Shown here: positions 1 through 9,580 of the stretch, in pieces
Position numbering within the stretch: the stretch's first letter is position 1
Layout of the letters: each line of letters opens with the position of its first letter
Assembly (NCBI RefSeq): GCF_000283555.1
Contig: NC_016012.1
Location: 510,001 to 542,000 of the forward strand
DNA from: Candidatus Arthromitus sp. SFB-rat-Yit
GTDB taxonomy: Bacteria; Bacillota; Clostridia; Clostridiales; Clostridiaceae
DNA: 32,000 nt
Direction of reading: 5' to 3'
The notes under the pieces: generated by a model
What the model was told of the DNA's origin: nothing
Seen by the model: the letters and a program-made list of their open reading frames with translations, nothing else
Database searches by the model: none
Translations under genes and position numbers: made by a program

Positions 1-54
1 CTTTTCAGATAAAGAATTCAAGAAATCTCCAAACATTTCTTTAAACAAATTCAT
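1..54 (-). CDS. 5' end of a truncated CDS running off the window (N-terminus MNLFKEMFGDFLNSLSEK), function unknown
   Basis: Reverse complement has an ATG at 54-52 preceded by an AGGTGG Shine-Dalgarno (SD, forward ccacct at 62-67); open to the window edge. Confidence 0.55.
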   Translation of the reverse strand, partial: MNLFKEMFGDFLNSLSEK

Positions 55-151
55 GTTGTTACCACCTAGAAATTAAATTTTACGACTAATAAATTTTAAA
101 AAATTTACGATGTTTAAATTGATTAATAAATTTTTATTAAGAGGTTTATCA

Positions 152-493
152 ATGAATAGTTTATGTAAATATAAGTTTAATAAAAATATTTTTAAATATA
201 TATTTTTGTTAATTGGGTTCGGAGGAGTTTTGGCATTTATAAATAAAATTAGATCTAGGAACCGTACAGCATATGTGAGTGATTTATGCAGCAATTTAAT
301 GGAGTGTCATGTTTTAAATATAGATGATTATGATAAATTGGGGCATTTGGTATACAGTGATGGAACTCAGATTGTTTTAGATCAAAAAACTGGAGTGACA
401 TCGATAGTTTTTATTAATGCTGATGGAGAAATCGAAATCGTTGAAGTATCTGATGATGATTTAAATGAATTAATTTGCAATAAAAGTTTTTAA
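152..493 (+). CDS. Small hypothetical protein with one N-terminal transmembrane segment
   Basis: ORF 110..493. An in-frame ATG at 152 is preceded by AAGAGG, a better start than 110. Hydrophobic stretch IFKYIFLLIGFGGVLAF, then an acidic tail. Confidence 0.6.
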   Translation: MNSLCKYKFNKNIFKYIFLLIGFGGVLAFINKIRSRNRTAYVSDLCSNLMECHVLNIDDYDKLGHLVYSDGTQIVLDQKTGVTSIVFINADGEIEIVEVSDDDLNELICNKSF

Positions 494-630
494 TGTAGCT
501 GAGAATTAATTCTATTAGAATTTTTTTGTGTTGTAAACCATACACAAATATTTTAAAATATTTTATAAATATTTTTGAATTAACCACTATTTTTATAGTG
601 GTTAATTTTGTGTTTGGAGGAAAAAGTTTT

Positions 631-2979
631 ATGGCAGCTGAACTACTGGCTCCAGTTGGAAGTTATGAATCATTTATAGGTGCAATTAACGAAGGTGCGG
701 ACGCGATATATTTGGGTGGTGAAAAATTTTCCGCTAGAGCAAACTGTGAAAAATTTTCAGATGAAGAGTTTCAAAATATGATTGACTATGCTCATGAATA
801 TGGGGTTAAGGTTTATATTGCCTTTAATACGCTTATAAAGCAAGAAGAGTTTAAAGAAGCTTTTGAATATGGATTAAAATTGTATAATATGGGTGTGGAT
901 GCTTTAATAGTTCAAGATACTGGACTTATACATATGTTTTCAAAATTTAAGGGTATTGAAATCCATGCGTCAACGCAATTAAGTATACATAATTTATCTG
1001 GTGCAAAGTATTTTAGGGATAATGGAACAATTCGTGTTGTAGTCGCGAGAGAATTATCGTTTGATGATATAAAAATTATTTCTGAAGAAGTTGAAACGGA
1101 AGGGTTTATACATGGAGCTATTTGTGTTAGTTATTCAGGTCAATGTACTATGAGTGGACTCATATCAGACAGAAGTGGAAATCGTGGAAGATGTGCTCAG
1201 CCATGTCGTATGGAATATTCTCTTGTAGATGATAAAGGGAGAATTCATAAGAGAGGTTTTCTTATGAGTACGAAAGATTTGATGACTATAAATATTTTGC
1301 CAAGACTTCTCAAAGAAACAAAAATTAAATCCTTAAAGATCGAAGGAAGAATGAAACGTAGTGAGTATGTCGTAAATACAGTTCGTGCTTATAAAGACAT
1401 AATAAGAAAGATTGAAGAAAATAAAGAAGTTAGTGCCTCCTACATAAGAGAAAGAGAAGAAAACTTGTTAAAGGTATTTAATAGAGAAGGATTTACAAAT
1501 GGTTATATGCTCGGTTATGAGGGTGAGAAGTTTTTATCTGTTAATAATCCTAAAAATCAAGGCGTGTATTTGGGAGATATTCTTAATGATGGATACATTA
1601 TTTTAAAGAATGATGTGGCACTTGGAGATGGAATTTCATCCTTAAATGATGGATGTATTTTGACAAAGATACTTTATAATAATGAAAAGATATCTGTAGG
1701 AAAATCTGGAATGAAGGTGAAACTATTTCCGATGAGATTTTCAAAAGGGGATAAAATTTTTAAAACTAATGATCAAAAATTTGAGAAAGAATTGAGAGAG
1801 AGTTTTAAAAAAGAGTATGCAAATAAAAATTATGTTAATGCTAACTTAATATTTGAACCCTATAAACCGATGATTTTGGAACTTACATATAAAAATCACA
1901 TCGTAAAAGTGTTTGGAGATGTTGTTGAAGAAGTCATAAATACTCCTTTAGATAGGGAAAGAATTATGACTCAATTGAAAAAGGGAAGCGTAGGAAGTTT
2001 TTCTATAGGTGAGGTTTGTTTAGATTATCAAGAAGGGTATATGAGTATATCGAAGATAAATGAGTTGAGAAGGGAAGCTTTAACTAAACTTAGGAATGAT
2101 ATAGTTAATAGTTACAGAAAAGATTTGAATTATAATTTTGATGAATACTCTTTAACTGATAAGAAGAATTTTAAAGATATGGATGAAACTTATATTATTT
2201 ATGTTTCAACTCAAGAACAATTTGATGTTGTTTATAAAAATGGATATAGAAATATTGTAATATCCCCATTTATATACAGAAGAAAGCTTGATTTTGAAAA
2301 AATTTTGTCTATTGAGGATTTGAATTTATATGTAAAATTTCCCACAATAATAAAAGATTGTGAAATGGGGAAAATATTGAAAGTGTTTGAAAAATTTAAG
2401 GATAAGATAAAAGGAATTTTAACGAGTAATGCGGGAATACTTAGATACTTTGAAAATTCAGATTATGAAATAATAGGAGATGTAAAATTAAATATATTTA
2501 ATGAAATTTCAACTAGATTTTATAAAGAAATAGATATTTTTACATTAAGTATTGAACTTTCCAAAAAAGAGATATTTGACATATCGGAAATAAGCGATAA
2601 AAAATTTTGTATGTTTGTTTATGGAAAGCCGGATGTTATGGTTAGTGAGTACTGTCCAATAGGAACATTTGTCGGTAAAAGATCTTTGAATAATACTTGC
2701 TCAAGACCGTGCACTAGAAATGATTTTTATTTAAATGATAGATTAAATAACGAACTTTTTTTAACTACGGAGATTAATTGTAAAATTCACACGTATAAAG
2801 AGAAACCAATTAATTTGATAAGTGAAATTAGTGAGATTAAAAACAACAATATAAATGTGTTTAGACTTGATTTTATTGATGAAAGTTGTGAAGAAGTGCA
2901 AAAAATATTGGATGATGTATCTGGAAAATTTTCTTATAAAAATGTGTTCAAAGGAAATTATTATAAGCCAGTTGAGTGA
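631..2979 (+). CDS. Peptidase U32 family protein (collagenase-like / RlhA-like)
   Basis: ELLAPVGSYESFIGAINEGADAIYLGGEKFSARA and the signature-like EGFIHGAICVSYSGQCTMSGLISDRSGNRGRCAQPCRMEY match the U32 family. An ATG at 631 preceded by GGAGG is more plausible than the ORF-track start at 526. Confidence 0.9.
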   Translation: MAAELLAPVGSYESFIGAINEGADAIYLGGEKFSARANCEKFSDEEFQNMIDYAHEYGVKVYIAFNTLIKQEEFKEAFEYGLKLYNMGVDALIVQDTGLIHMFSKFKGIEIHASTQLSIHNLSGAKYFRDNGTIRVVVARELSFDDIKIISEEVETEGFIHGAICVSYSGQCTMSGLISDRSGNRGRCAQPCRMEYSLVDDKGRIHKRGFLMSTKDLMTINILPRLLKETKIKSLKIEGRMKRSEYVVNTVRAYKDIIRKIEENKEVSASYIREREENLLKVFNREGFTNGYMLGYEGEKFLSVNNPKNQGVYLGDILNDGYIILKNDVALGDGISSLNDGCILTKILYNNEKISVGKSGMKVKLFPMRFSKGDKIFKTNDQKFEKELRESFKKEYANKNYVNANLIFEPYKPMILELTYKNHIVKVFGDVVEEVINTPLDRERIMTQLKKGSVGSFSIGEVCLDYQEGYMSISKINELRREALTKLRNDIVNSYRKDLNYNFDEYSLTDKKNFKDMDETYIIYVSTQEQFDVVYKNGYRNIVISPFIYRRKLDFEKILSIEDLNLYVKFPTIIKDCEMGKILKVFEKFKDKIKGILTSNAGILRYFENSDYEIIGDVKLNIFNEISTRFYKEIDIFTLSIELSKKEIFDISEISDKKFCMFVYGKPDVMVSEYCPIGTFVGKRSLNNTCSRPCTRNDFYLNDRLNNELFLTTEINCKIHTYKEKPINLISEISEIKNNNINVFRLDFIDESCEEVQKILDDVSGKFSYKNVFKGNYYKPVE

Positions 2980-2997
2980 TAAGGTGGAGGTAATTAA

Positions 2998-5349
2998 ATG
3001 AATTCCAGAGTTTTAAAATTACTTGAGTTTGATAAAGTGAAGGAAAAAATTTTTAGATATGTAACAACTAAAAATGCAAGACAAATTATAGATGATCTTC
3101 AACCATTTTCAACGATGGAAGAAGTTATACGAAATTTAAATGAAACGAGTGAAGCTGTTGAATTTATAAAAGAATTTGGTTTGCCTAATTTTGTAGGATT
3201 AGACGATGTTTATCCATATCTTGAAAAAATTGATAAAGGTGGAAGTGTATCGATTAAAGAGATATATAAAATTGGTACAACTTTAAGATGCATAAGAGAA
3301 GTTAAGGATTATTTATCAAATAGAAGTTTGATTTATTTAAATTATTATTATGATAATATTTCTACTTTTAAATATTTAGAGGATGAAATTTTTAAAACTA
3401 TAAAGGATGGGGAAGAGATAAGTGATTTTGCTAGTGAAAATTTGTTTAAAATTAGAAAAGAGTTAAGGAGTAAGACGGCTGCAATTAAAAGAAAATTGTC
3501 TGAAATATTAAAGACATATTCAAAATATCTTCAAGAAAATATATTTACAGTGCGTGGTGATAGATATTGTATTCCGGTTAAAGCTGAATACAAATCGCAA
3601 ATTCAAGGTATTGTACACAATCAAAGTTCTTCAGGATCTACATATTTTATTGAACCACTTGTTTTAGTTAATTTAAATAATGAAGTTAATGAATTGATAG
3701 AAAACGAAAAGGAAGAAATTCAGAGGATCTTAAGATTGATTTGTATGAAAATTCAAGATTCTATCGATAGCATATATTTGAGTATAAAAATTGTATATTT
3801 TTTGGAGTTTATATTTGGGAAAGGAAATTATGCTATTGAAATTGATGGAATAAAACCAGACATAAGTGATGAGGAAGATATTTATTTAATTTCTGCAAGG
3901 CATCCACTTATTGATAGAGAAAGTGTAGTTCCTCTCAATTTAAATTTTATGAGTGATAGAAAGGCAATAATTATAACAGGACCAAATACTGGAGGTAAAA
4001 CAGTAACATTAAAGACTTTGGGATTAATGCATTTGATGGCTCATAGTGGATTATTTATTCCTGCATATGAAGGAAGTAAAATTATGTTTCTTAACGAGAT
4101 TTTTGCAGATATAGGCGATGAACAAAGTTTAGAACAAAATCTATCTACGTTTTCCTCTCACATAAAAAATATAATTAATATAACAAATAATGTTAAAGAT
4201 AAGACTTTGATACTTCTTGATGAGGTTGGTTCGGGAACTGATCCTGAAGAAGGGGCAGCTCTTGCAATATCTATAATAGAACATTTTATAAATTCTGGGT
4301 GTAAGCTAATGGGTACAACCCATTATAGTCAACTTAAAACATATGCTATAAATTCAGAAGATATTGAGAATGCATCTGTTGAATTTGATGTTAAAACCCT
4401 TAAACCAACTTATAGATTAAATGTTGGTATACCTGGGAAATCAAATGCATTTATAATTGCAGATTCTTTAGGGATGAATAGTTCTATAATAGAGAGTGCT
4501 AAGAAATATTTGTCTGGTGATACGATAAAACTTGAGAATATAATAAAGACGTTGGAGGAGAAAACGACAGAAGCTGTTAAAAATAATAGGGAGATAGAGA
4601 TTTTAAGAGAAGAAAATAAGATTTTAAATGAAAAATTAAAAAAGCGTATTGATGGGATTGAAAATGAAAAATTTAGAATTATTGAATCAGCAAAAGAAGA
4701 TGCATATAAAATTATAACTAATGCAAAAAGAGAAATAGATCAAGCGTTAAAAATGATAAATTCTCTTGAAATGAATGGAATTGATTTAAGTAGTATAAAA
4801 GATTTGGAATCTGCACGACGTGAAATCAAGAAGAAGATTGATGAACAAAATAAAATAAAAGAAGAGAAAAGCTTAAAGAATAACTCTGAGGTTAATATAG
4901 AATTTAAATCTGGAATGTCAGCATTTTTAAAAAGAATAGGTCAAAATGTTACAATTCTTGGTAATCCCGATTCAAAAGGGAATGTATTAGTTCAAGCTGG
5001 AATATTAAAATTGACAATAAATACGTCAGAATTAGAAAGCCCCATAAAAGATAAATCTACTAAATTAGCAAAGAGCAAGAAAAATTTAAAACTTAGAACA
5101 AGTTCTATGTCAACATCTATTGATTTGAGAGGAATGGATGCATTGAATGCAATAAGTGAAGTTGAAAAATATCTTGATGATGCATTTGTTTCTGGTCTTC
5201 ATGAAGTTTGTATAATACATGGAAAGGGAACAGGTGTGTTAAAAAATTCTATAAATAATCTTTTAAGAAATCACGTTCATGTTAAATCACATAGACTTGG
5301 CGAATATGGTGAAGGTGGAGATGGGGTTACTATAGCTTACCTTAAATAA
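2998..5349 (+). CDS. mutS2: MutS2 family ATPase/endonuclease
   Basis: Walker A TGPNTGGKTVTLKTLG, Walker B-like LILLDEVGSGTDPEEGAALA, and C-terminal Smr domain (SIDLRGMDALNAI...IIHGKGTGVLKNSI). Confidence 0.95.
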   Translation: MNSRVLKLLEFDKVKEKIFRYVTTKNARQIIDDLQPFSTMEEVIRNLNETSEAVEFIKEFGLPNFVGLDDVYPYLEKIDKGGSVSIKEIYKIGTTLRCIREVKDYLSNRSLIYLNYYYDNISTFKYLEDEIFKTIKDGEEISDFASENLFKIRKELRSKTAAIKRKLSEILKTYSKYLQENIFTVRGDRYCIPVKAEYKSQIQGIVHNQSSSGSTYFIEPLVLVNLNNEVNELIENEKEEIQRILRLICMKIQDSIDSIYLSIKIVYFLEFIFGKGNYAIEIDGIKPDISDEEDIYLISARHPLIDRESVVPLNLNFMSDRKAIIITGPNTGGKTVTLKTLGLMHLMAHSGLFIPAYEGSKIMFLNEIFADIGDEQSLEQNLSTFSSHIKNIINITNNVKDKTLILLDEVGSGTDPEEGAALAISIIEHFINSGCKLMGTTHYSQLKTYAINSEDIENASVEFDVKTLKPTYRLNVGIPGKSNAFIIADSLGMNSSIIESAKKYLSGDTIKLENIIKTLEEKTTEAVKNNREIEILREENKILNEKLKKRIDGIENEKFRIIESAKEDAYKIITNAKREIDQALKMINSLEMNGIDLSSIKDLESARREIKKKIDEQNKIKEEKSLKNNSEVNIEFKSGMSAFLKRIGQNVTILGNPDSKGNVLVQAGILKLTINTSELESPIKDKSTKLAKSKKNLKLRTSSMSTSIDLRGMDALNAISEVEKYLDDAFVSGLHEVCIIHGKGTGVLKNSINNLLRNHVHVKSHRLGEYGEGGDGVTIAYLK

Positions 5350-5350
5350 A

Positions 5351-5385
5351 AGAATTCAATTGTTTAATTGGGTTCTTTTTTTTCT
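5351..5385 (+). terminator. Rho-independent terminator downstream of mutS2
   Basis: AGAATTCAAT / ATTGGGTTCT stem followed by a T-rich run. Confidence 0.75.
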
Positions 5386-5429
5386 TTTTAATCATACAAT
5401 TTTATTAAATTGAGATAAAGGAGATTAGT

Positions 5430-5711
5430 ATGGGAAAGTTTATTGATGATATTAAGGATGTTATGGTTAACAAGTTAGATATTCCTCGTGAAATTGTTAA
5501 GAATTCATATAAAGTTATAATAGATGGAGATGAGTTTATAACTATTGAAAATCATAAAGGTATTTTAAAATTTCAAAGTGATGAAATTATATTGAGAGTT
5601 GATGGAGGTAATTTTATTATAAAGGGAAGCAAGTTTGTGATAGTTTATATTTCAGGGAAGACAATAAAATTAATGGGAAATATCAGGGGGGTAAATTATG
5701 ATCAACTTTGA
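5430..5711 (+). CDS. yqfC: Sporulation protein YqfC
   Basis: 93 aa with YqfC-like sequence (ENHKGILKFQSDEIILRVDGGNFIIKGSKFVIVYISGKTIKLMGNI); immediately upstream of yqfD. Confidence 0.85.
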   Translation: MGKFIDDIKDVMVNKLDIPREIVKNSYKVIIDGDEFITIENHKGILKFQSDEIILRVDGGNFIIKGSKFVIVYISGKTIKLMGNIRGVNYDQL

Positions 5712-6900
5712 TAAATTCTCGTTTATAAATGGGAAAATACAGCTTAGAATAATTTCTAAAAACCCTGAGCAATTGCTTAATATGATTTGGAAAAAAGATA
5801 TAAAAGTTATAGAGATAGAAAGAGAGAATCTTTATAGTGTGTGTCTTGTAATTAATTCGAAAGATTTTAAAGATGTTAAGAAAATTTGTGAGGAAATAAA
5901 TAGTGAAGTAAATGTTGTTAAGATGGGTAGGATTATTAAATTCATACATAATTTCAAAGTATATTTTACCTTATCGATTGGGTTAGGGATATCTATAGGT
6001 ATGATAATATTCTTGTCTATGTTTATATGGAAGATTGACATAAAAGGGGACAGTCATGTATCTCCTTATGAAATAAGACAAGTTATAAAAAATTTAGGTG
6101 TACATAAAGGAATGTTGAAATTTAAAATTGATACGGATAAGTTGGAAAATGAGATAGTTGCAAGTAATGCAAATTTATTGTGGAGTAAGGTTAGAGTTCA
6201 GGGATCTACTCTTCAAATAGAAGTTATTGAGAGTTTCAAACCTCCTGTGATAGATGTCGATTTATCTCTTGGCGATATTGTTGCAGATAAAGATGGAGAA
6301 ATTGTACGTGTATATACTCAATCTGGAACAGCTATGGTTAAAGCTGGGGATATTGTTAAAAAAGGAGATCTTTTGATAGGTGGATATCAAGGGAAAGAAG
6401 GAAATGTTTTTGAGGTGGCTCCTGTTGGAGATGTAATTGCAAAGACTTTTATGGAATTTGAAGAAATAATTGAATTAGAGGGCACAAAAAATGTAAATAC
6501 TAAAAATATGAGAGATGAGTATTATATTAATATTTTTGGGAAGAAACTTTACTTTAAAAAATATAAGGATGAATTTGAAAATTATGAGAAGATTAATTGC
6601 GATGGAAAATTAGTTAAAAAAAATATATACTATGAAGTAGAGAAGGTATCGTATACGTTAAGCCCAGATAATGTTAAGAAAAATTTGGTTGATCATTATA
6701 GTAAATATGTTAAACAGAATTTAAAACAATCGGATTCTATTGTTGGAGTTATAGTTAAGGATGAAATTGTAGATAACAAGCTTAAATTTAAAATTTCATT
6801 TGTTATAGAAGAAAAGATAGGGGTTAAGGTGGGTAAAACTCAAGATAATAGTGAGTTCCAAAAAACATATGATGAAACTCAGAACACAGAGGACACTTAA
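5698..6900 (+). CDS. yqfD: Sporulation protein YqfD
   Basis: 400 aa, one transmembrane segment, LLWSKVRVQGSTLQIEVIES and VAPVGDVIAKTFMEFEE typical of YqfD. Overlaps the yqfC stop; SD GGGGGG upstream. Confidence 0.9.
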   Translation: MINFDKFSFINGKIQLRIISKNPEQLLNMIWKKDIKVIEIERENLYSVCLVINSKDFKDVKKICEEINSEVNVVKMGRIIKFIHNFKVYFTLSIGLGISIGMIIFLSMFIWKIDIKGDSHVSPYEIRQVIKNLGVHKGMLKFKIDTDKLENEIVASNANLLWSKVRVQGSTLQIEVIESFKPPVIDVDLSLGDIVADKDGEIVRVYTQSGTAMVKAGDIVKKGDLLIGGYQGKEGNVFEVAPVGDVIAKTFMEFEEIIELEGTKNVNTKNMRDEYYINIFGKKLYFKKYKDEFENYEKINCDGKLVKKNIYYEVEKVSYTLSPDNVKKNLVDHYSKYVKQNLKQSDSIVGVIVKDEIVDNKLKFKISFVIEEKIGVKVGKTQDNSEFQKTYDETQNTEDT

Positions 6901-6979
6901 CAGTTTAGTAGTTAGATATTGACGCAAGATAAATTTTACAGTTGGGTTTAAGTATGATATTTGTTAGGAGGAATGTTTA

Positions 6980-9049
6980 TTGAAGTTAAAGAAAGTTACT
7001 AGTGGATTTTGGAAATATAAAAATTATTTTATATTAGTCTTTCTTGTGCTATTTGTAATGATTGTTGTATTATCATCTACACTTGAGAGGAAATATGACT
7101 TAAAGCTTGGGGCAGTATCTACATACACAATAAAAGCTCCTAGAGAAACATTAGATAGGATTTCTACAGAACAGAGGATAAATATTGCAAAGAATGAGGT
7201 AGCTGCTCAATTTAATCATGTAAAAGAAGTAAGATATGATGTTTTAGATAAAATAAATAATTTGTTTAAAGAGTTATACGAATTAAAAAATTATTCTGTG
7301 ATTGCAACTACAGTATTTGATGAATTGAATAAGAAATATGATATTGCTCTAGATGCTGAAGGATACAAAAAAATACTTGCGTTAGATACAGAATTGATAA
7401 ACAATTATGAAAGATCATTGAATGATATTATAAATAAGATATATGGTTTAAAGATTGAAGATGGGAATTTAAGTGATATTGAGAATGTAAAATCCTTTGC
7501 AAGAGAAGAGGTAGGCAAAAAGATAACAGATACTAATTTTGTTGATATTACCCTTAGTATAATCTTTCCGATGATAAAGCCGAATTTCTTTTATGACAGT
7601 GAGAAAACAGAGCAGAAAAGAGAGGAAGCAATAAAGAATATATCTCCTGTTATAATTAAAAAAGATCAAGTAATAATTAGTTCGGGAGAAACTGTAACAG
7701 AGAATCATATTTCTATTTTGGACAGTTTGGGATTACTTAAGACATCTAATGTGAATTGGAAATTAAATATTTCTATAATTTTTCTAATTTTCTTTACATT
7801 TTTGATTGAGTATCTGTACTATAAAAGATACAGAAAGGAATGTATTAATAATGCTAATTATTTAAATGTTTTATTGATAATTAAACTTATCATTATAATT
7901 TTGGTTAGGGTTATTGGTGATCAGTACATATATATAGTTCCATTTGCTCTTGGACCTCTTGCAATAACAGCGTTAATTGATAATAAAGTATCTCTTATAA
8001 CAAATTTAATGACACTTGTTTTGATAGCAATAATAACAAAATTTAATATTGTTGTGGTGTTCATAGGATTGTTTGATGTTATTTTGGGAGGTTTGTTTTT
8101 AAAGAGGATAAAGAATAGGATGCATTTTATTAAGTTATCTATCTGGTTTGGGATAACAAATGTAATAGTGTTGACGACTGTTTTTTGTATAATAGCAAAT
8201 GTTAATTCTATTAAACTTATAGATATAGTATTATCATTCTTTAGCGGAATACTTTCCGCTATATTAGTAGCCGGAATATTACCTGTATTTGAAAATGTGT
8301 TTAATATAGTTACTTCCATGAAATTATTAGAATTGATCAATCCAGAACATCCACTTTTAAGAAAGCTAGTAGTTGAAGCACCAGGAACGTATAATCATAG
8401 TTTAATGGTTGCGAATTTATCCGAGGCTGCTAGTGATGCAATAGGAGCGAACTCACTTCTCACAAGGGTTTCTGCATATTATCATGATATTGGTAAGACT
8501 GGAAGACCATACTTTTTTAAAGAGAATCAGGTGGCAAATAAGAATCCTCATGATAGAATTGATCCACTTACGAGTGCTAATATAATTTTTTCTCATGTTA
8601 AGTATGGATTACAGCTTGCACGTGAGCATGGATTGCCTAAGTTTGTTGAACATGCAATAGAAGGTCATCATGCCAATACATTGGTTAAGTATTTTTATGT
8701 TATGGCTAAAAAGAATGCTGAAAATCCTGATCTTATTAAGGAAAAAGATTTTAGGTATGGAGGGGAATTACCTAGGACAAAAGAAGTTACTATTCTTATG
8801 TTTGCCGACAGTGTTGAGGCAGCTGTTAGGTCTTTGAGTGATCCAACACAGGAGAATATACGAAATACTATTGAAAACATAATTAATGATAAAATAAGTG
8901 ATGGTCAATTAAAAAATAGTCCGATATCATTTAAAGATATTGAAATTATTAAACAATCATTTGCCAAAACACTAAAAGGTATTTATCATGAAAGAATAGA
9001 ATATCCAAAGGACGATACAGGTGATAAACCCAAAGAAGAAAAGGATTAG
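6980..9049 (+). CDS. pgpH: 7TM-HD family membrane phosphohydrolase (PgpH/YqfF, c-di-AMP phosphodiesterase family)
   Basis: Extracellular 7TMR-HDED-like N-terminus, multiple TM helices, HD motif (GTYNHSLMVANLSEAA...YYHDIGKTGRPYFFKENQ...HAIEGHHAN). TTG start with an AGGAGG SD. Confidence 0.92.
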   Translation: MKLKKVTSGFWKYKNYFILVFLVLFVMIVVLSSTLERKYDLKLGAVSTYTIKAPRETLDRISTEQRINIAKNEVAAQFNHVKEVRYDVLDKINNLFKELYELKNYSVIATTVFDELNKKYDIALDAEGYKKILALDTELINNYERSLNDIINKIYGLKIEDGNLSDIENVKSFAREEVGKKITDTNFVDITLSIIFPMIKPNFFYDSEKTEQKREEAIKNISPVIIKKDQVIISSGETVTENHISILDSLGLLKTSNVNWKLNISIIFLIFFTFLIEYLYYKRYRKECINNANYLNVLLIIKLIIIILVRVIGDQYIYIVPFALGPLAITALIDNKVSLITNLMTLVLIAIITKFNIVVVFIGLFDVILGGLFLKRIKNRMHFIKLSIWFGITNVIVLTTVFCIIANVNSIKLIDIVLSFFSGILSAILVAGILPVFENVFNIVTSMKLLELINPEHPLLRKLVVEAPGTYNHSLMVANLSEAASDAIGANSLLTRVSAYYHDIGKTGRPYFFKENQVANKNPHDRIDPLTSANIIFSHVKYGLQLAREHGLPKFVEHAIEGHHANTLVKYFYVMAKKNAENPDLIKEKDFRYGGELPRTKEVTILMFADSVEAAVRSLSDPTQENIRNTIENIINDKISDGQLKNSPISFKDIEIIKQSFAKTLKGIYHERIEYPKDDTGDKPKEEKD

Positions 9050-9553
9050 GTGTTAATGTATATCAATATAGAAAATTGTCAAGATACTTTTAATATAGAT
9101 GTTAATGATTTTATAAATGACGTTGTAAGATGTGTATTAAAATTTGAGGAAGTAGATATTGATTGTGAATTAAATGTATTTTTGGTTGATAATAAAAAGA
9201 TAAGGGGAATTAATTTGGAGTATAGGGGTATAGATAAGTCTACAGACTGTCTATCTTTTCCTATGCTTAATTATAAAAAAGGAAATGTTTTTAAGAATCA
9301 ATATAAGAATTATAAATTTAAGGATTATGAATTAGATGATGGAAGACTTATTTTAGGTGATATATTTATTTCGCTTGAGAAAGCAAATGAACAGTCTATA
9401 GAGTTTAATCATAGCTTTGATAGAGAAGTTAAATATTTATTAATACATTCATTGTTACATTTACTTGGTTATGATCATATTGAAGATTGTGAAAAACAAA
9501 TAATGAGGCAGCGAGAAAAAATTATAATTAAAGATTTAAAAATATTTAGATAA
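9050..9553 (+). CDS. ybeY: Endoribonuclease YbeY (rRNA maturation factor)
   Basis: Metal-binding motif HSLLHLLGYDH. Position between pgpH and dgkA is canonical. Confidence 0.92.
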   Translation: MLMYINIENCQDTFNIDVNDFINDVVRCVLKFEEVDIDCELNVFLVDNKKIRGINLEYRGIDKSTDCLSFPMLNYKKGNVFKNQYKNYKFKDYELDDGRLILGDIFISLEKANEQSIEFNHSFDREVKYLLIHSLLHLLGYDHIEDCEKQIMRQREKIIIKDLKIFR

Positions 9554-9580
9554 ACTTTATAGTTAGGGAGGAAGATTGAT

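Noticed and set aside
73-294. - strand 73-aa ORF
   Set aside because: Low-complexity Lys/Asn/Leu-rich translation of AT-rich DNA overlapping a divergent promoter and a better + strand ORF.
5683-6041. - strand ORFs 5683..5949 and 5832..6041
   Set aside because: Overlap yqfC/yqfD in antisense, with no homology signature or SD.
7469-8880. - strand ORFs (7469..7708, 7921..8340, 8695..8880) inside pgpH
   Set aside because: Antisense to a well-supported membrane protein gene, with no supported start signals.
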